DNA from: Chrysomallon squamiferum
Lineage: Eukaryota > Animalia > Mollusca
Direction: 5' to 3'
DNA length: 64,000 nucleotides
NCBI GenBank assembly: GCA_012295275.1
Contig: CM022666.1
Coordinates: 124,001 to 188,000 of the forward strand
In this document: positions 1-27,615 of the stretch, piece after piece
How positions within the stretch are numbered: the first letter of the stretch is position 1
Layout of the letters: each line of letters opens with the position of its first letter
Notes under the pieces: generated by a model
What the model was told of the DNA's origin: nothing
Seen by the model: only the letters and a program-made list of their open reading frames with translations
Databases searched by the model: none
Position numbers and translations under genes: made by a program

Positions 1-422
1 AATAATAGAAAGAACGTCACTCGCCATCCGCGAAAAGTTGGGTTTTTTTTATCAAACCGGAGAATGATGTTTTAATGTGTTCGATTTACGTTACGCTGGT
101 AAACTGTTCTAACATTTCGATTGATTTAATATATGTTTGTATATTAATTATCTATAATAATATACGACACAAAGCAATTTTCTCTAGAAGCTAAGAAATA
201 AACAGAGTAGATATAGTTAGAACGATAGTGTAGGTGGATGGATGGATGGTTCAATGAGAGATAATTAACGCCATCATTACTGCGCATACCAACATATAAA
301 ATAGAAATAAAAGAGCAAGAAGAAGAAACAAGAACAGACACGAATACGAAAAAATAGCAAAAATAAAATAAAAAAGATCACACGAGAATAAGAAGAAATA
401 ACATGAATTGGAAGAAATACAA

Positions 423-425
<3 letters not shown>

Positions 426-507
<82 letters not shown>
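426..507. repeat. (TC)n microsatellite
   Basis: Uninterrupted TC run of about 80 bp; explains the spurious ER-repeat ORF 277..525. Confidence 0.97.
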
Positions 508-509
<2 letters not shown>

Positions 510-1048
510 GCCCTTTGCAAAACATAAATGAATTAAAATTATTTTTACAACAATTTTCGCTTAACCTTTTCTTAGTGAAACAAAAATGTTTTTGTTTTTA
601 TTACTAAATCAATTTAAACTTTTCTTAATATCAAAAATAATAATAATACTAATGAAAAGGATTTTATAAACAATTCTGTTGTGTGTTTTTCCTATTTAAT
701 GTTTCCATTAAATATAGAATAAAACCAGTTTAAATTAAATTTTTTGTTTGCTTTGTTTTTACTATTTTCTGTAAATAAATAATAAATCAAAATAAATAAT
801 TCTACAGATATAGTTTGTCTTTGTGCGCGTTCTATGATAATTTTGTCCTGCCAAAGTTCTAATGTCAACATTATGAACAAATTTAAATTAATTAATATCA
901 ATAATAATAATAACAATTATTGTTATTATTATTATTATTAAAATCATGATGATGATCCAGGAATGTGAGTGAGCTACACAGGACGCCGTTGCCTCTTTAG
1001 ACACGAATCTTAATTAGAGTTATTTCCCTTATTCTCACTAAAATTTCA

Positions 1049-1056
1049 GCCATCTT
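1049..1056 (+). promoter_or_regulatory. YY1/Pho-like motif GCCATCTT upstream of the CUL4 start codon
   Basis: Matches GCCATNTT about 90 bp 5' of the CUL4 ATG; the same class of motif is seen at the RBMX 5' end. Confidence 0.35.
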
Positions 1057-1146
1057 TGTTGAAGTTCAGCTGGAAAAAGCTAAACATTGTATTAAAGTGA
1101 CCTTTTGCATATAGTTTTGGCCATATATTGGCCAGAATCGTAATGC

Positions 1147-15663
<14,517 letters not shown>

Positions 15664-16108
15664 TCCTGATGCACTGTTCACAACGTTGTATCAAAGTGTC
15701 CATTGCTTCAGATGATTGAACTAAAGAAAACAAAAATTTATAAAACTTTGTTGAAGTTCCTCAAGACAGTAAACTGAAGTTGTGATGACCAGTAATTGAC
15801 ACAGACAGGCTGAATTGGAGGGTTCATTTTTGTAAATGGATAGCACGAATATAAACTTTGATTTGTGTACAGAAGTTGAGTTATATGCCTCGGAATTTGT
15901 CTGTCATAGAATTTCAATGTTAAGATACGTGTTTACTTTCTTAGGTTCTGTGTGTGGTCTTAAAAATGTTTTTCTTTCTATATCTTTTATATATATATAT
16001 ATATATGTGTGTATATATATATATAAATGATGATCAGATGTTTCTCTGGGTTTTTTTGTCAGTGACTGAGTATTTTTGTGAGATGAAAAACGTCATAACT
16101 TTTTTTGG

Positions 16109-16143
<35 letters not shown>

Positions 16144-19100
16144 TCGAAATCACAGCCTGACCAACAGTACTGTACAGAAAGTTGAATTGTAATTTATTTG
16201 TAAAACTAAAACTCTATTTTGACTGAGTATAGAACAGTTTTAGTTGCTAAGAAAAACATGTATGATTTTTTTTGTGGGGAGGTGGAATTCTAGTTTCAAA
16301 TTTTAAGAGGGAGTATCTTTCTTTTGTTAGTTACTTGTGTTTTTTTATTTATTTTTTTATTTACATATTTATTTAATATTTATTTTTTTACTTACTCACT
16401 TACTAAGAAATGTATACTGATATTATTTGGTAAATAAGACCAAACAGAATTATTTTAGTCTGTCTTACACTATCGAATCCATTAAGCTACTTTTCACTAA
16501 CGTCAGTGGATAATAAATTACAACAAAAATCTTACAATTTATTCAGGTTTGACAGAGAAATTTTATTTTCAAACTCACAAAGTAAACTCTACTAAAACAA
16601 AATACTGAACCTTTATAAACATTTTTATTCTCACAAACTGAATAATAATAGCATAATTCAGGTTAAATGTATTTTCCGTCCATCACGTCATTTCTCTCTC
16701 TTTAAAATTAATATATACACAGTTAACTTTGTTCACTTCCATGTTATTTTATTGTAACATTTCTTGGTGACAAAGAATAACACTATAATAAATAGGAAAT
16801 AAATCTGGTTCCTCCTGTTCCTAGCTTTGTGATGTCAGAAGATATATACTTATAGATGTTTGAGTTATTTCAATCTGTTATGGCAAATTTCTTTGCACAA
16901 AGACTATAACAAAATGAAGGAAACTGCTTCCAGTCAAGCATGTTTTATTATTGTCATACTAAATTATTGGCAAAGGTTGATTTCAAAAACATAAAATATA
17001 CTTAAACTTAGAGTTCATGCTAAAGTTAGTTAATAAATAAGAAAAGAAAGAAATAACAATAATAATAATAATAACAAATATTGTTTGGAAGTACACACTG
17101 TATTCAGGTTATTTGTTCATAAATACACTAACAAACAAATTAGGAAATGTACAAAATCTTTTTAGGATATATATTTATTCTGTAACACACATTCTTCACA
17201 TTTTTAAGATTTATTTCTGAACTCTTGCACTGACAAGACATTCCTTAACAATTTTCAACTTTCAAAAAACAAATTATAAATTATTTTTAAATTCAGTGTG
17301 TATATTTTAACACCAAATTTCCTTAGTTTAGCTGTTTTTCATTCATGTGTAATCAGCTGGAATGTTTAAGTAATTTGTAATGCTGATTTTATTTGACGAA
17401 TTCACTTGATAATCAGTTCAGTACTTTTTGTTTTGACCTAATGATAAAACAGTATTAACGATGTCTATTTTGTTAAACTCTTATCCATGTTCAAAGAAGA
17501 GTATATTTGAATGAATTTCCAAAACAGATATTACCCACTGCTTGGTTACCTCAAAAAACTAACCTGTTGCCAAACTACTGGTGATGGATTGTCATTTAAA
17601 ACTGATTGATTTACCCTTGAAGCTTTAACACATCACTAACACCTGCTTATTTAAAATTAATTTATTTACCTCACTTTGTTTACTTCCAGTTTTCAGATGG
17701 GACAAATAATCAGCTAGTTATCATTTAGAATTTGTGTCCAAATATTAGTTTGTTTTTCCTTTTTTTTTTGTGTTTTTGTTTTTTTACATGACATGATGAA
17801 AAAGTGACGAAATATTTTTTTATTAACAAGATAGTTCATTCAGAATTATTATGTGATATGTTTTGTCACTAGTGACGTGATCAGGAATACATTTGTGACT
17901 ATCTTTCATTAGTCACTGACAGAATTCTACATGACTGATACACTTACTTAGAAGTTGACAGAAATGAGCTGTCATTACTGAAGTGTTGTTCTCAAGAAAG
18001 ACTAAAATTATTTACTTAATTGATTAAACACTGTCATCTGATTTGTACTTTACAGTCACTAGTGACTGAATGATGCAATCCATCACTAGTGAATGGTGTA
18101 TCTGTTTTTATAAACTGTTAAAATAAAACTGGCAACTGATTTTCTTATCGCACAAAACCTGTTTAGATTTTCTGTGGTTTTGTTAATTTACTTGAAAGTA
18201 TCCCATATTGAGAATGCCATGTTAAAATGATTTTGTTTATTACAAAAATCTGTTCTTTTTTAATACCTTTTCTTCTTCATTTTTTTTTTTACAGAAGGTA
18301 TATTTCATTTTTGACAGAAGATATCTATTAAAATAGTCACCTATTTTAAATAGGAAACAGTATGTACTAGATATGTCTTTTATTTTAAAATGTTGATAAG
18401 AGGTTGTTGTGTAAATTAATACATTAGTGCTAAAAGGGCTATGTTGATGTATTTATTCTTAAATGAACCTAAGAAATGGGAAGCAATATTTGTTCACAGA
18501 ATTTTAACTTGGAAGTAAATGTGAGAAAATCAGATAATGTTGTTCTTTATTTTCATTTAATGTGGTACATTTTTCATAAACTTCTCAGATGATACAAATT
18601 TACTGACAGCAATGTTGACACTAGACAAACAGATGTCTTTAAAATTTTGATACAGGTCTCTATTTTGATAGAACTGACACTCATTTTAATTTTTATTTAT
18701 TTATTTATTTATTTATTTTTTTATTTTGAGGCGTATTTATAGATTGAATACTATATTTGAAATGGGAAATAGAAAACTTCTCTGTGTATTTTGAGGAATG
18801 ACTGAAACTGTTCACTGTTGGTACAAAACAAAACAAAACATTTCATCAGAAAGATTATAGTTTATTTTTCCAAGACCTTTCTCACATGTATTACAACCAT
18901 AATAATAACAATTAAGCTTGTATAAATTTTGTTTAAAAATGTTTATTATAATTATGACTGATTGTATGATAAACATTTGTAGTTTATATTTTAAAACTGA
19001 TATGCTGCTATTGTAAATTTTTAGTTTATAAATTTCTCCCTTTTTTTCAGTTTTGTCAGAATGTTTAAAATGTGTAAGAGACTTTCTTTTTTCTTCTGGA

Positions 19101-19884
19101 AATATATCAGGTGTACAGTAATTAACAATACTAACTATATTTACTGAAAATTTGTTTTAAATGCATCATATATTTTTTTTTAATTCTTAACCCACATTCA
19201 CAAAATGATTATCAATTTTACAAGTAATACTGTAAATAAAGTTACACTGACATTTTTGGCATCCAGGTAGGTAAACATATCCTCACTTACACAGTTGATG
19301 CTAAACCAAAGTTACCAGTTTAATAAACTGAACATAACTGCACATTAGATTACAAGAAAATTAAAATAAGTTTTAACAACAAACTTTAACTGGTGAAAGA
19401 GTTCTTTACTTGAAAATGACAGATTCCATAACAATGCAAAACAAATCAAAAATTAACATTCAGTTAGTAAGTTCTTATTTAAATTTCACTTTAAGCATAA
19501 AGGATTCAACTTTAAAATTCAAGATGGATGTTATTAATCTTAAAATGACATCTTTTTGTTAACGCGGGTTCAAAATCAACACTTAAAAAAAAAATTACAG
19601 ATTATTGGAATGTTTTCTAATTATTAAATACCTTTCTCATAGTCATTTCTGTATGACTGGAATCATAGAAAAAAAAAATCTCAAATGCTTTTATTCACAC
19701 AGCTTAGTAAATCCATTTTTATTCCTTAGACAGTATTTGCTGAATAATGATAAAATAATTAAAATAAGGAACAAGAATATTTTCCTGTAATGAACACACA
19801 CATTTTGTTGCTGTTTATAACATTATATCCATTTGCTAAAGTCATTGCATCTTTGATTTTTTTTTCACTTACGGTCTTCATTAA

Positions 19885-19920
<36 letters not shown>

Positions 19921-20628
19921 GTTTGTTTATTAAAAATCTGTGTTTCTTCCTAAACAGTTATTGTGTGAGAGTGGTAAAAAAAAAAAATTGACTCTGGAAA
20001 ATTACAAAATTGTGTAATATTTTATTTATTGTTACAAACGGGCAGAGTTCGCTGATCTTTGTCAGGAAGGATCACTTTGAGTAAATAAATCTTGTATATA
20101 TTTGGTGTCCTGATTTCTCTTATTATTTCACGTGATACTTTAGTTTTTATAAAATTACTCATTCACTGTTCATAAACCTTTGAACGCGTTATTATTTTTC
20201 ATGACATTTCTTTTCTGGACATTATCACCCATTAACATTTAAACTTTTCTTGATACCTTATCCCATTGACTTGTGAGGTCATATTCATTAATATATTTCA
20301 TAATTATTTATTTAATAATATTTATTTTGCATGGGAGAATTTCTTGACCATCAGTATTAATGGGTTCAGAAAAAAATTGTTAATATGTAATATTCAAATT
20401 GACGTCATGTTGAGGTATGCACCTCACTGTGAAATCCTGCCTTTCACCATGCTCTAGTTTACTAATTTTGTCTGGTCGTTACCACTCAGTTTCTGGATTT
20501 AAAAATACCAAAGTCATTTATTTTATAGGGATTAGGTGGTTCAACAATAAGAACAAAATGATTATTTTTTTTGTTATTTCAGCCAGTGCTCTAATATGGC
20601 AAAAAAAAAATATATACAATAATAAAAA

Positions 20629-20665
<37 letters not shown>

Positions 20666-20779
20666 TAAAATATCCTTCAAGATTTAAAATAATTAAAATA
20701 TCCGACTAAAGATTAATTAATAAAGGGGAAGTAATTCAAACTAGTAATAATTGATGACATCGTGTTCACAGTCTAAGAA

Positions 20780-21117
20780 CTATGCAAATTTCTGCAGAAA
20801 TTTCGTCATATCAAAGCTCATCATCTCCTCCCAAGATGCGATCTCATCACCATCAATATCCAAAAATTTTAAAATCTGTAAAAATATAATTAATAAATCA
20901 AATTTGATCATAATAATAATAATAACAACAACAACAACAGTAATAAAAACAACAACAAATAAATAACTAAATACATACATAAATAAAAACTGTTAAAACG
21001 TAAAATAAATTTGTAAAGACAGCTGAAAAAATTAAAACATAAATAACACTTGAAAATATAAAATATATTTAAATGATCAAAATACATTTTGTCTACCTTA
21101 CCCTAACGCAATGTTTT

Positions 21118-21165
<48 letters not shown>

Positions 21166-21453
21166 CATATACAATGAACATTTACGTACCTCTGCAGCAG
21201 TATCCATGTTTCCATCCTCTGTTAACAGAGCTAAGTTTTCTATGGTCAGCTGACTCAGATGTTTGAATGGACGCAACAGGTCAAGTCTACATGCATGAAA
21301 CATAATAAATATTATGCCAAAAAGTAAGAAAAAGAAAAGAGAAGAATTAATGAAGTAGCTAGAACTGATTTAAAATAAAGTAAAATGTTTTTTTATTTTT
21401 TATTATTTATTATTTATTATTATTATTATTTTTTTTTTTTTTTTTTTTTTTTT

Positions 21454-21489
<36 letters not shown>

Positions 21490-21757
21490 CATGTTTATTT
21501 TACTTTAATTCTTGAATTCTTTAAATACTAACAACATATAATGATTATATCTTCCTAATCAATATTTTGGTTACTTTACTTTTTAAGTTATTAACTTACC
21601 TAAATATGTGTAAAGTAGTAACCTCTGAGTAGTCACTAAGTGTGTCACGTGACGAGTGAGAGTCGTCACAATCCGATTGGTTGAACCAGAGTAAATGACG
21701 AAACCAGATGTTGATAGCTAAATTTCTCGCGCCGTCAGAATTAACTTGATGATACCA

Positions 21758-21794
<37 letters not shown>

Positions 21795-23354
21795 TGTACG
21801 TGAATGAAGATAAAAAAGACTAGTAGATAAAAATGTATTACTGTTATTGCTTCTAAAGGATAACAAGTAGCTGGTAGTTCTGCTATTACAGATACTATTA
21901 ATCTTACAAGTAGTACTGCTACTGCTGCTACTACTACTGCTTCTACTACTACTACTGCTACTACTACTACTGCTTCTACTACTGCTACTGCTACTACTAC
22001 TACTGCTTCTACTACTGCTACTGCTTTCACATTACATGTACTACTACATTCTTTTTCTTTTACTGAAAATAACAGCAATACACGAATAATTATTGTTAAA
22101 AATAATAACACGTATATCCATAGAAACACACATAATATCCAGAAACGTACACAGAGAAACGTGCTCAAATATTTCTAAAATAAAGTCTCTGTACCTTCCA
22201 AACCTCCCCCCACACATACATAGACACACACATACATAACACATACACACCCACATATACACGCACATATATATATACACACACACATACATATATATAC
22301 ACACAGACACACACATACTCACACAGGCACATACTCACAGAAACACACACATACTTATACACACACATACAAACACACTCACACATATACAAACACATAC
22401 ATGTACTATAAAATACACACACAAAATCAGAGAGACAAATACACATATATACAAATATGCGCAAGCACGCATGCACACATAAACACACCCTATTGGTATA
22501 AAGAGACAATCTCCTTTGTCCATGTGTACTTCTGTCCAGGGAATATCACGTAAAGCTGGGAACTGCTCAAGGTCTAAGTGAGTCACGTTGGCAAAACTGA
22601 ATCCAATGTCAGAATTAAACTGGTCTGCCTCCACACGTTCTTTGTATTTCTGTAAAGATAAACGAATCTCATTAACAATACCTCAAAACACTTGAAAACT
22701 TTCTTATTGCGTATTTGTGATATGAAAATAACAAACCAGTTCCTGCAGATTCACGTGTTTATTTCACTGATTCAGAACAATGAATTTTTTTAATTTGTTC
22801 CTAAACAAGAAAGTACTTATGAGCGCTTGAATAACCAACGTAAAGGACAGGCTGAAACTGAAAATAACACACTAGTCACTTTGATGATGATTGATCCTAC
22901 ACGCCTTCACACTCAAAAATCCCAAATAATAATAACATTTTCCTATTAAGAAATATCAAGAGAATCCCAAATAATAATAATAAAATGGTTTGGTTTTTTT
23001 TGCATTAAAACAAAGACGTTAAATAAATATCATATACCCCCAAAATAATAATAAATAAATTCTTAAAAAGTATCCTACCCATGATATCAGTTTCAAATCC
23101 TTGGAGCCGTCCAACAAGCAGTTCATGTTGTCCATGTCGTCGTAATGAAGAACTCCTTTTGTACCGCCGCTACTCAGCCAGATGTACACTTTGTTGATGA
23201 CGTCTTGAAAGCCGCCACAGTGTAAGCAGCTTGGTACGAGAACATCATCTGAAATGAAAAATTCAACGGAGAAGGAAATAACACAGATTTAATTGTCACC
23301 TATATCCTGCCATACACATAACAAAAGAAGAAACCTTTTCGTTAAGCTGTTTGT

Positions 23355-23389
<35 letters not shown>

Positions 23390-23618
23390 TTATCTTCTGT
23401 AATAAGAAGATCCGATCTTTCTTGATCTGTTCATAACATTGGTACCCGAAATCCAAAGTTATGTCAGATTAATCATATACACCTTCCAATAGAGAGATAA
23501 GTACACTACACCTATTACTACAAAATAATACAAGTATATGTTTAACTATACATTATACTGATACTACTACTACTGCTACTACTACTACTACTACTATTAT
23601 TACTACTACTACTACTAC

Positions 23619-23668
<50 letters not shown>

Positions 23669-24009
23669 TATGAAATATCATTCAAACAGTTAATAAATAA
23701 ACAAACAAAACTTGAAGTTTCAATAACACACTGACTCACCTTCCATGGGTTTTAAGACTCGTTGTATCATATAAATATCTGACTTCTGGTAATCCTCAAG
23801 CACGTCCTTCATCAGCCTCGTTTTCACATTGTCAGCATTCCTGTAACCAAGCTTTGGTTCTTCTGTCTCAACGTACAAATCTCCATATTTGTCTCTGGCA
23901 GAAAATAACATTTTAACACATCGCATCTTGTCCACAAATTTTATCCACGAATTAGTCTTGTTTTAATTTTAGGAGACTGTACCTGTTAATTTATATATGA
24001 GTGTATTTA

Positions 24010-24046
<37 letters not shown>

Positions 24047-24462
24047 ATGTGCATTTGTTTTGTTCTTTATAATGGTTTATTTCTTTTTGCTCTACTGCTA
24101 CTGCTTCTACCACAACTATCACCACTACTACTATTACTACTGTTACTACTACTATCACCACCACCACTACTGCTACTACTGCAATAAAACACTTACTTCA
24201 AATACTGATCAGTCCATTTTGTATAAGCAGGATAATGAATGTTCTCTAGGACTGACTTGAACAGTACCGGTTGACTGGGACGTACATACCACTCAAATAA
24301 ATATTCCGGTGCAGGGAAAGTTTCTAGAATGGTAATTCTTTGCGATGATGGGTGACTGCACAGCGGTGCCAACTCTGTCTTTTGCGCTTTAGTCGAGAAG
24401 TATAATATGTACAACACAATAATAATTCCAAACAGCGTTTTTGTTCTGTCGTCCATTATCAT
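20780..24462 (-). CDS. JmjC (cupin-like) Fe(II)/2-oxoglutarate oxygenase with N-terminal signal/anchor and C-terminal EF-hand-like loop, 7 exons, about 367 aa
   Basis: Exons 24462-24197, 23894-23740, 23248-23079, 22649-22489, 21758-21600, 21286-21190, 20875-20780 join in phase (1104 nt). Motifs: PVLFK..WTDQYL, IWLSSGGTKGVLHYDDMDNMNCLLDGSK (HxD), GDCLFIPIGWYHQVNS (distal His), NLAINIWF; N-terminal hydrophobic LFGIIIVLYILYF. Resembles the JMJD5/JMJD7/JMJD8/TYW5/FIH group; orthology not assignable by eye. Confidence 0.88.
22210..22488. repeat. Degenerate (CA/TA)n low-complexity tract in a JmjC-gene intron
   Basis: About 280 bp of interrupted ACAC/ATAC repeats; source of the Cys/Val-rich spurious ORFs. 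Confidence 0.85.
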
Positions 24463-25242
24463 AGGCTGTCTGTATTTCCTTAATTATTTCGAATATTAAA
24501 ACTATTTCTTTTAAATACATAACATATTATTTATATTCTTCAAAAATATTTTCAGTTTACAACGCATATGTAAAGCAAACAATGTTCTGACAATATGGAT
24601 CTATGAAACTGAATGAAACTTTTACTGTGAATAATTACAGATTAAATTCAAAATTCACGCTAGATTCGTAGTAACATCTGTGTTTGTTAATAGGGCAATC
24701 AGGAGAACACCTACACTTAATGAAATATTGATTAATTTTCGGCTTGTTTTCGGGTATCATCGGATCTGCGCTCTGCGGACGCCATGATGTCAACCGAACC
24801 CAAATTCTTACTGTGAGAAATATCGTAAAAGTTATACACTGGACATATTTTTACTTTTATTATTACGTTATCTAACTTTCCTCTTTTTTTTCCATCCCCA
24901 CTCCATATCAAAAAGTAGCAGAGTAGCCTAGTTTATAATACCGTTTCCGAGTATTTTCGAAAGAGAGAATTATGACATTAATAATGATCAGTTGTCACGG
25001 AGGACGAGGAAAACGTATCTGTTATTATTAACTGAAATACAGGTACTGGTTAATTCAGATAAATACTTGTACCATTTTGTCTTTGAGCTTTAGTCACAAG
25101 TAAAAACGATACAACACCAAAATAACTGCAAATAATACTGCTATGGTTTTGGTTGCTTTTACACTTTACATATATGTATATTAAACTTTAATTAATTATT
25201 TTATTTATTTGTTTTTTATTATTATTATTATTATTATTATTT

Positions 25243-25277
<35 letters not shown>

Positions 25278-27615
25278 TATTAATTTATTTATTTTTGCAG
25301 TTTGTATTATTTACTACTTTCATAAAGTTTCTAATATTTGTAATTTTTCTTTGAGTGTTTTATTAAACTTTAACCTCATTTCTTTTCAAAACTATATTAT
25401 TATTATTCACCAGTGTAGCAACCACAAAACAGAAAATAATTTGACAGTATCTATATGTTTTTGGAGTAGTTTCTGATAAACATTTTGTTCGGTGAGCAAA
25501 TTCATTATCAACATGCATTATAATTATTACGCTTTCGCAATACATTACAATCATACTACACGGAGATGTTTTCTTTTTTTAATAACACTTTGTCAGTAGA
25601 AGTTTAATGTTTGTTTAATAGATTGCGTGAATACCAAAGCTTTCTACATTCTTCTTTTTCCTTCTTTCTTTATTATTAGTTGTTTTTTTTAAACTCTGCA
25701 TATTTACGTAAATGAAATATGTATTAATGGAATATAAATAAAGAACTGAAAGAAATTAATATTCAACTTTACACCAGTTCGGAGCAACAGGACGCCCCCC
25801 TCTCCTCCCCAAAAAGGTGAAATTAACGTGAAGCTTGATGTGGCGCACGGCAGAGAACAGTCTCGTGCATGTTAGTGAGTAAGAAAGAAAACAGGTTTAA
25901 TATGTTACAAAGATATCACTAATTATCACTTTTATTTTACTTCTTATTTATTTATTTATTTATGTGTGTGTATATGTATGAGCGTGGGTGTGTTTGTGAT
26001 GAAAGAGTATGTGTTAAAAGAATACAGAGTTGATTATGTTTTAGTGAAAGATGTACAGATAAATTACAGCGTATATTATTTGATAAAGAGAGATGGAAAG
26101 GGAGAATTAGGAAAACTGTTAGCGTGTGTTTCAGAGGTGGAAATGTGTACATCTGAAGAAAATAGAAAACAAACGAAGGCAGAGGATGTATAGATGTGAG
26201 AAATATGCAGCGTGTTGGACACATGATATGTTTATGTAAATGATGTACATGAAGGTCTATTACTGATTTGTATGCGTATGATCAAGCAAGGTACATGGAA
26301 GGAAAAAAGGTATCTGAAGACAGAAAATGATGTGTATGAGAGGATGACATGACAGATTATGCACATGGGAGAGACATGGAATAATTTTATTTATGTAACA
26401 GTGAGAAGGTGCATGAGGAGGAAAGTGGAAGATGTTTTTGTGAGATAGACAGAAAGGATAAAAGATGAAAAAAGAAAGTTTATGTCAGATACACTGACAT
26501 GAAGAGTTTGTAAGAGACAAATATACTGAGAATAACTTTCATAGAAAAGATATGGACAAATGATGTGTTCATGTGTAAGAAATACTGAGATGAATAGACA
26601 CAACATGTATGTTTTCAAACAAGTCAGGTGGACAGAATTGTATCTGTGAAAGAATATTGAAAGTGGACACATTAGAGATATGGAGTGTGATTATGTGACA
26701 TACAAACAGCAGGCATATTGTAGGAGAAATTGTTTACAGAATTGAGATTGATGAGGAAATGGAGAAATCTTTGTGCAGTGAAGTAGTAAAAAATCAGTAC
26801 TTACGTCTGTTTATGTTTTACCAGTTTAATATTAATTATCATTCCATAAACAGTTTTAAGTTAAATCATCTTAGTTTTTTAAATGTTATTTTTAGATGTT
26901 CCCCATCTTTAAAAAACAAAGTTTACCTGGTGAGTTACTTGCTGACCATGATGTGGCTGGTATCACAATTTTATTTCATAAAATAAAAAAACAGAAAACA
27001 AGTGACTGGAGATAAATTATAAATAATGCATGGTTTACTTAGCTGTTGTTGTTTTTTTTAAATGAGTATAGATGTCTACAACAATGAGATAAATGCACAT
27101 TTACACTTTTCATGTGGAATTTTCAGTCGCCAAAAAAAAAAATATATATATATTTTTGCTAAACTTTTCAGTATTCTTTTATTTCCTTTTTCTAATATAT
27201 TGTTTCTTATTTTTTTATTTAGTTTTGTAGGAATTTGACAGCCCGTTTGACTTTTCACTGGAAAAAGAGTGAAGAAAACAAAAAGAGTAACTTAAGGATT
27301 TGTAGTTTTATCCTTAGTGAAATCTGACAGAAACCGTGAGTATTTTTTCTAAATGTGGCATTAGATGTTAAGTATTCTTTTACAAACAACAATCATGGAG
27401 ACTTGATTTTTAGTTTTTAAAAATAACACAACAGAAGTCAATGTAATATTAATTTACTGTTCACATCTATGATGTTAAAACTATGCCATACAAACAAATG
27501 GTGCCCAGCCCAAGAAGCCTGGTACACGTGGATGTAGAAATATCAAAAGTTGTTTCTGTTCATAAATTCACTTGATGTATCACAAACTACAGGTCAAAAC
27601 CTTACACTACACTTT

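Noticed and set aside
144-916. Short minus-strand ORFs upstream of CUL4
   Set aside because: Products of TC and AAT microsatellites and AT-rich sequence; no splice-compatible or recognisable protein.
21596-22509. Long hydrophobic minus-strand ORFs (up to 190 aa)
   Set aside because: Read-through of (TAG/CAG)n and (TG)n intronic repeats; only the JmjC exon parts are real.
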